DNA of 32,000 nt from an uncultured Nitrososphaerota archaeon (GTDB lineage: Archaea; Korarchaeota; Korarchaeia; Korarchaeales; Korarchaeaceae), in contig CAYZRF010000002.1 of assembly GCA_964480775.1 (NCBI GenBank), forward strand, positions 105,953 to 137,952, written 5' to 3'. The position numbers were made by a program, and so were the translations under genes. The notes under the pieces were generated by a model. It was not told the origin of the DNA, did no database searches, and saw nothing but the letters and a program-made list of their open reading frames with translations. Shown here piece after piece: positions 26,616 through 32,000 of this stretch; position 1 is the stretch's first letter; every line of letters begins with the position of its first letter.

Positions 26616-26627
26616 GGTGAGTGAAAT

Positions 26628-27323
26628 ATGTTTCCTTTGAGAGATGAAAATCCTAGCGGTATTAGGCCTCTGATAACCTATTCATTAATATTCATCAATG
26701 CACTCTGCTTTTTCTGGCAGTTAACTGTTGGAATTGATTGGAGCGCTTACTACTTCGGATTTATACCGAAGCTTTTCTTTCAAGACCCCATAGGAAACTT
26801 CTACAGGTTATTTACATCGATGTTTCTGCATGGAGGCTTCACACATATAATCGGAAACATGCTATACCTATTCATCTTCGGAGATAACATAGAAGCTGCT
26901 TTTGGAAGGCTCAAATACTTGTTGATGTACATTTTATGGGGAATTGCGGCGGCCTTACTACATGGAATAATTAATTTTAACTCTAACATACCAACGATAG
27001 GCGCATCAGGCGCCATTAGTGGGGTATTGGGGGCTTATTTTGTCCTCTTTCCACATGCTAACATACAAACTTTGGTTTTCTTCTTTAACATAATAACGGT
27101 TAGGAGAGTAAAGAGCTTTTACTATCTTGGGTTCTGGTTCCTTTACCAGCTGATACCAGCATCTTTAGGTGAGATCACAGGAGTAGCATATTGGGCTCAC
27201 ATAGGAGGGTTCATCGCAGGAGCTATTATGGCTCTACCAATCCGATCAAGGATCCTTAGAAGACGCAGAGAAACGTATCCCTATGGATGGGTTTACGAAG
27301 AGGAAGAAAAGTTTCCATTTTGA
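26628..27323 (+). CDS. Rhomboid family intramembrane serine protease
   Basis: Six TM segments, an HxxxN-type motif (FLHGGFTHIIGNMLYL), catalytic GASGAISGVLGAY and HIGGFIAG. An SD-like GGGGTGA lies 7 nt upstream. Confidence 0.85.
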   Translation: MFPLRDENPSGIRPLITYSLIFINALCFFWQLTVGIDWSAYYFGFIPKLFFQDPIGNFYRLFTSMFLHGGFTHIIGNMLYLFIFGDNIEAAFGRLKYLLMYILWGIAAALLHGIINFNSNIPTIGASGAISGVLGAYFVLFPHANIQTLVFFFNIITVRRVKSFYYLGFWFLYQLIPASLGEITGVAYWAHIGGFIAGAIMALPIRSRILRRRRETYPYGWVYEEEEKFPF

Positions 27324-28181
27324 CTAAACTAAAACAATTGGCCGCAATCCATCTTCTTTTAAGAGGATAGCAACGCTGGAACCCCCGTAATAACTGCAGC
27401 TGAAAATACTAACTAACAAGCCATTGAACATAGTTTTGACTCCCTCAGGAAAGAATTGATGAGCTCTAAATAGCATTTCTAAACCGTTTTTAGAAAAGAA
27501 ATCCACTAATGCCCTTTTTCCGAATCTATAGATGCCCGGTCCTCTTATATTTTGGTCGAACCACTCTATAGATTCATCTGGATCGTTCCAAAGAATTTGA
27601 AACGCAATTGAGTGCTTTGGCTCCGTATCTCCCTTGGGTATCTCCCCTATCTGTTCTATCTTAGAAAGACCTTTTGCCAAACCTCCGTGAAGGGCTATCT
27701 TATTTTCTTCTATCAAAGCTGCATAAGGCATGAATGAAAAGGTTTCTGCAGCTGGATTGTATAAATCTAAACCATAAAATCTTCTAATCTCTTCATAGAA
27801 TCCGTAATATATGTTAGTTAAAGGGGATTCGTGGTTACCTCTCAGTAGAATGAATCTGTCTGGTTCTAATAACTTCCAACACAACAAGAAAGACAAGGCT
27901 TCTATTTGTTTTGGACCCCTATCCACGTAATCTCCAAGAAAGAGAGTCGTACTTACGTTCAGTTCTTTTGCCTTTCTAACAGCATTAACCGCCGCATATA
28001 AATCACCATGGATGTCTCCGACTATTAAAACGCCTTTATCCTGTATTTCAACAACTTGCTTTTCTTGGGAAAACAGATCTCTAGCAGCATTAAGAATTCT
28101 TTTGAAAATTTCTGCTTCTGGCACCGTCTCTGGATGTTTTATGAGAAATAAAATGTCATCACGCCTCATATGGCTGCCCAC
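27324..28181 (-). CDS. PPP-family serine/threonine protein phosphatase (PP1-arch-like metallophosphoesterase)
   Basis: GDIHGD, GDYVDRG and RGNHE motifs occur in the canonical order. Its stop codon directly abuts the rhomboid stop. Confidence 0.8.
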   Translation of the reverse strand: MGSHMRRDDILFLIKHPETVPEAEIFKRILNAARDLFSQEKQVVEIQDKGVLIVGDIHGDLYAAVNAVRKAKELNVSTTLFLGDYVDRGPKQIEALSFLLCWKLLEPDRFILLRGNHESPLTNIYYGFYEEIRRFYGLDLYNPAAETFSFMPYAALIEENKIALHGGLAKGLSKIEQIGEIPKGDTEPKHSIAFQILWNDPDESIEWFDQNIRGPGIYRFGKRALVDFFSKNGLEMLFRAHQFFPEGVKTMFNGLLVSIFSCSYYGGSSVAILLKEDGLRPIVLV

Positions 28182-29551
28182 GGCCTCCCTATCCCTACAT
28201 ACCAGCTATCAACCTCTCCGACCTCAACTTTTAGGATGTCTCGACCGTCAATCACAGCGATCGGTTTCCCAGAAAGCTTCCTGAGCTTTGAAACGGACAA
28301 TTCCTTGTAAACGCTATGATCAGTTACAACAACAATAATATCAGCTTCCTTTAGAGCTTCATCAAGGTTCTGTGTAAGCTTTACTCCTATTTTGGAAAGT
28401 TTTTCGTCGCAACCCACAAACGGGTCGTGGACTTTAATAATTTGGAATCCCTCATCAAAAAGAGCCTTAATAATATCATAGGTAGGTGATAACCTCGTAT
28501 CAGAAACATTTCCTCTAAAGGCTAACCCTAGAAGAGAAATTTTGGCATCCTCTCTTCGTAACCCTAACTTATTTAATCCACATAGAATTAGTTTCACAAC
28601 TTCTCTTGGCATATTTTCATTAATTTTTCTGCCAGTTGCAGTCAACTTAAGGTTCACGCCGTGATCCTCAGCTACTTTCATTACAAAATAGGGATAAATT
28701 GGTATACAATACCCTCCAACACCAGGCCCAGCCCTAAGCAAGTGGCAATAGGGCTGACTATTTGAAGCTGCACGAATCTCCTCAAAATCGAGGCCAAGCG
28801 CTCTACATATTTTTGCTATTTCGTTGGCAAGTGCTATGTTAACGTCTCGGTAAATCCCTTCTACGAGCTTTTCCAGCTCAGCTGCAATTTCATTATCCAT
28901 TACAATTACTCCTTTCTTGGCAACTACCGAGTATAGAGCAGAAGCAACCCTAGAACTTTCTGGTCCTATCCCTCCAACTATCTTTGGATAATTTTCAACA
29001 ATATCTCTTATCGCTCTGCCCTCAGATATTCTCTCTGGGCTATAAGCTAATCCAAAGTCTTTCTCGGCCTGCAGACCACTGATTTCCTCTAGTATTGGTT
29101 TCAAAAATCCTCTAGTCGTGCCAGGAGGTACGCTGCTCTCTAATATGATAAGGTCTCCTTCCTTTAACCCCTCACCTATTGATATGGCTACTGCTTTTAG
29201 GGCAGAGAGATCCGCATGCTTCTTTTCATCCAACCCTATGGGAACGGCTATGAGCTTAACTTCTGACTTTAGCGATGCTTCTTTTCCATTGGTCGTAGCA
29301 TTTAGCTTTCCTTCTGAAACAAATTTTGATATCGCTTCGTCTGCACCCGGCTCTCTTACAGGGCTTTTACCTGAGTTTAACACTTTGACCTTATTTTCAT
29401 CAACGTCCACTCCTATTACCCTTGCACCAGCAAACAACCACGCAATGGTTAAAGGAACTCCAACATGTCCAAGACCGTAAGTGGATACGGTAATTCTCCC
29501 CTCTTTAAGATCCTCTACCAGTTCCTGGTTAGTTCGTTTGAGAAGATTCAT
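28166..29551 (-). CDS. Nucleotide-sugar dehydrogenase (UDP-ManNAc / UDP-glucose dehydrogenase family, WecC-like)
   Basis: N-terminal Rossmann YGLGHVGVPLT, catalytic Cys context PGVGGYCIP, 461 aa. It overlaps the phosphatase gene by 16 nt. Confidence 0.8.
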   Translation of the reverse strand: MNLLKRTNQELVEDLKEGRITVSTYGLGHVGVPLTIAWLFAGARVIGVDVDENKVKVLNSGKSPVREPGADEAISKFVSEGKLNATTNGKEASLKSEVKLIAVPIGLDEKKHADLSALKAVAISIGEGLKEGDLIILESSVPPGTTRGFLKPILEEISGLQAEKDFGLAYSPERISEGRAIRDIVENYPKIVGGIGPESSRVASALYSVVAKKGVIVMDNEIAAELEKLVEGIYRDVNIALANEIAKICRALGLDFEEIRAASNSQPYCHLLRAGPGVGGYCIPIYPYFVMKVAEDHGVNLKLTATGRKINENMPREVVKLILCGLNKLGLRREDAKISLLGLAFRGNVSDTRLSPTYDIIKALFDEGFQIIKVHDPFVGCDEKLSKIGVKLTQNLDEALKEADIIVVVTDHSVYKELSVSKLRKLSGKPIAVIDGRDILKVEVGEVDSWYVGIGRPWAAI

Positions 29552-29623
29552 TTTGTCATCAACATCGGTGCTATGTTCTCAAAAATAATATTTCTTATAT
29601 TCGAATTCAGAAATCATGGTCCG

Positions 29624-31162
29624 TCAAGCTCGCTTCTTTTTGATTATTCCGGCAAGAAGCAAGTAGAGGTAGAGTAAAGAAGCAGCTCCAGCTCCAACAT
29701 ATGTGGCATACCTGGGGTCGCCTAATAGCTTCTCGGTAACAAAGGACTCTATGGCCGCCGCGGGTCCTAGAAAAATGATTGAACCAAATCCCAACTCAAA
29801 GCTCTTATCAATAGCCTTTTTCAAAGATTCATAGCGGCTTAACCCATTATATGGAAAGAGCACCGCCCTAGCCGCTTTAAAACCTGATGCACATGACATG
29901 AAGAAAGCAGATAACTCCAACAATCCATGAGGAGTTATACCACTATAGTAAAGTAGGAATTTACCCAAGCCTTTCATGGCTTTGCCAATACTTCCAACCA
30001 TAATGCCGTTTATCATCAACAAAATTGGGGTTATGAAAACGCTAGCGCCTCCTCCGCACATGGCTATGCTTACTCTTACGTTGTTAAGGAAGATTAGTAA
30101 GAATAATCCCATCTGAGAAAGTTCCCCTATCTCTTCTCCAGAGGGAACAATAGCTTCTTTGAATAGATCAGCTAACCACCCAAACTTAAAGTAACCAAGA
30201 AGAGCCGTAGCTATGAATAGAACAACTGAAAACAAGAAATAGTTTAGATTCTCCATAAATTGAGTTGGAATTACGGAAGAATATACTTTAAGAATATTTT
30301 TTAGATTTATTTTATTCCGAAAACCAGATTTTATCAAAATCAGAGCCTCTAGGGCCTTAGCCTTGACCTGAAAGGCCAACTTGACTCTTGACTCTTGACA
30401 TATCTCAGAAGCTCTTCTGTAGATATCTTTTGCTACTCTTATGACCTTTTCTTCTTTAAATGCAATAGTTCTCGTCAGAAGAGCTAGAGCAAGCAAAGCA
30501 ACCCTCAAATGTTCTTCATCTAATAAGAAAGCATCAAGAGCTAGACGATCCACGCTCTCAGGATCAATGCATAGTTTTTCACTAAGAGAATCTCTAATTC
30601 TACTAATCAAATCCTCGCTCATTTCCTTGGATTCTTCCTCAAGCTCAGAGAGAAACGCCTTTATTATGGCTTTTTCTTGGATAAGAACACCCTCTGGAGC
30701 TCTGAGAATCTTTCTACACAAAGAAAAGCTTGGAATTTTTGGTCGTATAGCCTCTTCGGACACTACTATGGTTCCAGCCGCCCCGTCTCCAAGTCTCCTT
30801 CCATCCCTGCTTAGGAGGGGAATATACAAAAAAATAGAATCAGCAACGCGATAGACATTGCGAATAAAGGCTTGACGCAAAGAAATGGGCTCAAGATTCA
30901 AATCTAAAACATACAAACCCATTCTTCTCTTCCCAACCGTGGTGAATCGAGTCCCTTCCATCAAAGAAAGATAAAATACGTATGTCACCAAGAAAAGACT
31001 ACTCGATGCCATGAAATTCAATAAGCCAGGGAGATAAAGAGAAAATAACGCCCAAAAAGGGATAGTAAGGGCCGCTACGACTATGATATCTATTATGTGG
31101 GCTAATATTCTTTGAATTACATCTCCTTTAATCAGGGAATAATCAAAGTCTGCTGAAGGCAT
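29624..31162 (-). CDS. Fusion membrane protein: N-terminal RDD domain, helical linker, C-terminal SpoIIM/DUF95-like domain
   Basis: RDD-like N-terminus (ILAHIIDIIVVAAL...VGKRRMGLYVLD...IRNVYRVAD...RRLGD). The C-terminal ~200 aa carry DUF95-like motifs (IFLNNVRVSIAMCGGG, INGIMVGS, ITPHGLLELSAFFMSCASG). Confidence 0.55.
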   Translation of the reverse strand: MPSADFDYSLIKGDVIQRILAHIIDIIVVAALTIPFWALFSLYLPGLLNFMASSSLFLVTYVFYLSLMEGTRFTTVGKRRMGLYVLDLNLEPISLRQAFIRNVYRVADSIFLYIPLLSRDGRRLGDGAAGTIVVSEEAIRPKIPSFSLCRKILRAPEGVLIQEKAIIKAFLSELEEESKEMSEDLISRIRDSLSEKLCIDPESVDRLALDAFLLDEEHLRVALLALALLTRTIAFKEEKVIRVAKDIYRRASEICQESRVKLAFQVKAKALEALILIKSGFRNKINLKNILKVYSSVIPTQFMENLNYFLFSVVLFIATALLGYFKFGWLADLFKEAIVPSGEEIGELSQMGLFLLIFLNNVRVSIAMCGGGASVFITPILLMINGIMVGSIGKAMKGLGKFLLYYSGITPHGLLELSAFFMSCASGFKAARAVLFPYNGLSRYESLKKAIDKSFELGFGSIIFLGPAAAIESFVTEKLLGDPRYATYVGAGAASLLYLYLLLAGIIKKKRA

Positions 31163-31227
31163 TTGTGCACACCATAAGTTTTGAAAGATCTAATTTAATT
31201 GCCTTTATAGCTATAAAATTCTGTTTT

Positions 31228-31785
31228 CTATTCAAACTCAAGTTTTATATGTAATTCCTTCATCTTTTCAGTATCTATCCCTTTGAGTGTGCTTAGATAT
31301 GCTTTAACCAATACCTTAAGTTGATTTATGATGAAGGGGTTCAGATCAACAATCTTTCTATTAACAGACAAGAACGCGTGATTTGAGAGACACTTCACGT
31401 TTTTTCCCTCAACAGCTCGCCTCAAGTACTCTTTGCAACTTTTAAATCCGCAGAGTCCACAATTCAGAAGAGCCGGATATTCTGGAACTCTCTTCAAAAG
31501 AAACTCCCACAAATCATCCATCGAAACCGTTGGTATTCCTTCTAGACAAACCTTATCAATTTGAGCAAGGGCAAAGCTTGTATCCGCAAACTCCCCTTCA
31601 TCACCCGAAAGAACCTTTGGGAAAAACCCTCTAGAGAAGCCCAACATCAAAAGGAAGTCTCCTTCTCCAAGGTAAGGAAACATCTCTTTAAGGACTATAT
31701 ATGTCGAACTTGATGTCTGAGGCATCTTCTTTTGAGAGAACCAGAAGCCCGTTAATCTTGCCCAAGCTATTAGGCACAAACCCAT
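31228..31785 (-). CDS. Protein with an RnfB/AcsC-type putative Fe-S cluster domain; probably the 3' part of a longer, frame-disrupted gene
   Basis: The cysteine pattern NCGLCGFKSCKEYLRRAVEGKNVKC (Cx2Cx4Cx14C) resembles the N-terminal Fe-S domain of RnfB and the CODH/ACS gamma subunit. The first ~28 codons of the tracked ORF look non-native. Confidence 0.5.
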   Translation of the reverse strand: MGLCLIAWARLTGFWFSQKKMPQTSSSTYIVLKEMFPYLGEGDFLLMLGFSRGFFPKVLSGDEGEFADTSFALAQIDKVCLEGIPTVSMDDLWEFLLKRVPEYPALLNCGLCGFKSCKEYLRRAVEGKNVKCLSNHAFLSVNRKIVDLNPFIINQLKVLVKAYLSTLKGIDTEKMKELHIKLEFE

Positions 31786-31942
31786 TTCCTATAAGTGCAT
31801 AGATCTTTACTTGTGGAGCGTTGCTGATTAAATGTTCAAATACCTCTATTGAGCGAGAACCCAAAAGCGCAACTACCCTCAATTCATTTGAATAAATGGG
31901 CGGTACTTTATATACACAGAGATTCCAGAAATTATTGCGCAA
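31688..31942 (-). CDS. Possible 5' part of the Fe-S domain gene (separated by a frame change at a TATATAT tract)
   Basis: 84-aa ORF with protein-like sequence (VVALLGSRSIEVFEHLISNAPQVKIYALIGNG...). It overlaps ORF 31228..31785 by 98 nt in a different frame. Its only start is a TTG that lies within the opposite-strand C/D sRNA. Confidence 0.3.
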   Translation of the reverse strand: MRNNFWNLCVYKVPPIYSNELRVVALLGSRSIEVFEHLISNAPQVKIYALIGNGFVPNSLGKINGLLVLSKEDASDIKFDIYSP

Positions 31943-32000
31943 TGATGAGCGCGAGCATCACTAGATTGGCTAGATGATAGACCCAGCTCACGCTGAGCGC
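31937..32000 (+). ncRNA. C/D box sRNA (2'-O-methylation guide), ends at or near the window edge
   Basis: Layout: GCGC stem, A, C box AUGAUGA (31942-31948), 12-nt guide, CUAG (D'-like), 9-nt spacer, AUGAUAG (C'-like, 31974-31980), 12-nt guide ACCCAGCUCACG, D box CUGA (31993-31996), GCGC stem. The 12-nt spacings are canonical. The D guide is complementary to the conserved LSU rRNA sequence CGUGAGCUGGGU. Confidence 0.8.

Noticed and set aside
30380-30400. Tandem heptamer CTTGACT x3 (the last copy is imperfect).
   Set aside because: It lies inside the RDD-SpoIIM coding region, preserves the frame (21 nt) and encodes ordinary sequence, so it is too short to be meaningful.
413-30854. About 40 short ORFs in the six-frame track that lie antisense to, or nested inside, longer ORFs. 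Examples: 413..616, 1163..1375, 1670..1948, 7097..7423, 8415..8660, 12673..12951, 13754..14098, 18881..19348, 23684..24070, 29118..29480, 30441..30854.
   Set aside because: Each is fully contained within a longer ORF that carries clear family motifs on the other strand or frame. Their translations are S/P/L/R-rich and low complexity, typical of shadow ORFs, and none has a recognisable motif.
6456-31334. C-box-like heptamers (AUGAUGA/GUGAUGA) inside coding regions, at 6456-6462(-), 14529-14535(+), 18720-18726(+), 19763-19769(+), 31328-31334(+) and several others.
   Set aside because: No CUGA D box lies at the required distance of about 40-50 nt and there is no terminal stem. The heptamers are explained by Asp/Asp or His/His codon pairs (for example YDDV and AHHF).
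1-32000. Search by eye for CRISPR repeats, tRNA or rRNA genes (GC-rich 70-120-nt islands), IS or transposase or integrase genes, and long direct or inverted repeats flanking an island.
   Set aside because: None was found. The only GC-rich non-coding islands are the two C/D sRNA stems and the small hairpin at 8600-8617. The window looks like core chromosome rather than a mobile or accessory island.

Overview
The window looks like a gene-dense archaeal chromosomal segment, probably from a thermophilic TACK/Thermoproteota-like organism; the species cannot be named from sequence alone. Archaeal hallmarks include AMP phosphorylase, a Thg1-like enzyme, archaeal-type PPAT, a T/P-linker-anchored binding protein, two C/D box sRNAs, frequent GTG/TTG starts and 4-nt overlaps between adjacent genes. 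I support about 33 protein-coding genes, two C/D box sRNAs (one strong, one moderate) and a few promoter or terminator-like elements. I saw no CRISPR array, tRNA, rRNA, IS element or integrase. The dominant theme is nucleoside and nucleotide metabolism. It comprises AMP phosphorylase, a tmk-udp-pfkB operon divergent from prs, and a BMP-family nucleoside-type ABC importer. The rest is housekeeping and envelope genes (AspRS, aminotransferase, M42 peptidase, SIS/HAD/PPAT, rhomboid, PPP phosphatase, NDP-sugar dehydrogenase). The most unusual items are: (1) an uncharacterised HTH + PD-(D/E)xK nuclease-fold gene attached to the end of the ABC importer operon, whose 3' end overlaps a membrane protein coupled to prs; (2) a C/D box sRNA whose guide perfectly matches the LSU rRNA A-loop flank, and a second sRNA candidate inside the rhomboid leader; (3) an aconitase-X with the swivel domain fused at the N-terminus; (4) a catalytically degenerate DHH/DHHA1 (RecJ/Cdc45-like) protein; (5) two genes apparently split at short dinucleotide repeats; (6) an RDD-SpoIIM fusion protein; (7) a perfect 16-bp palindrome over the predicted TATA box of the importer operon. 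All functional calls come from motif reading by eye; no database search was possible.
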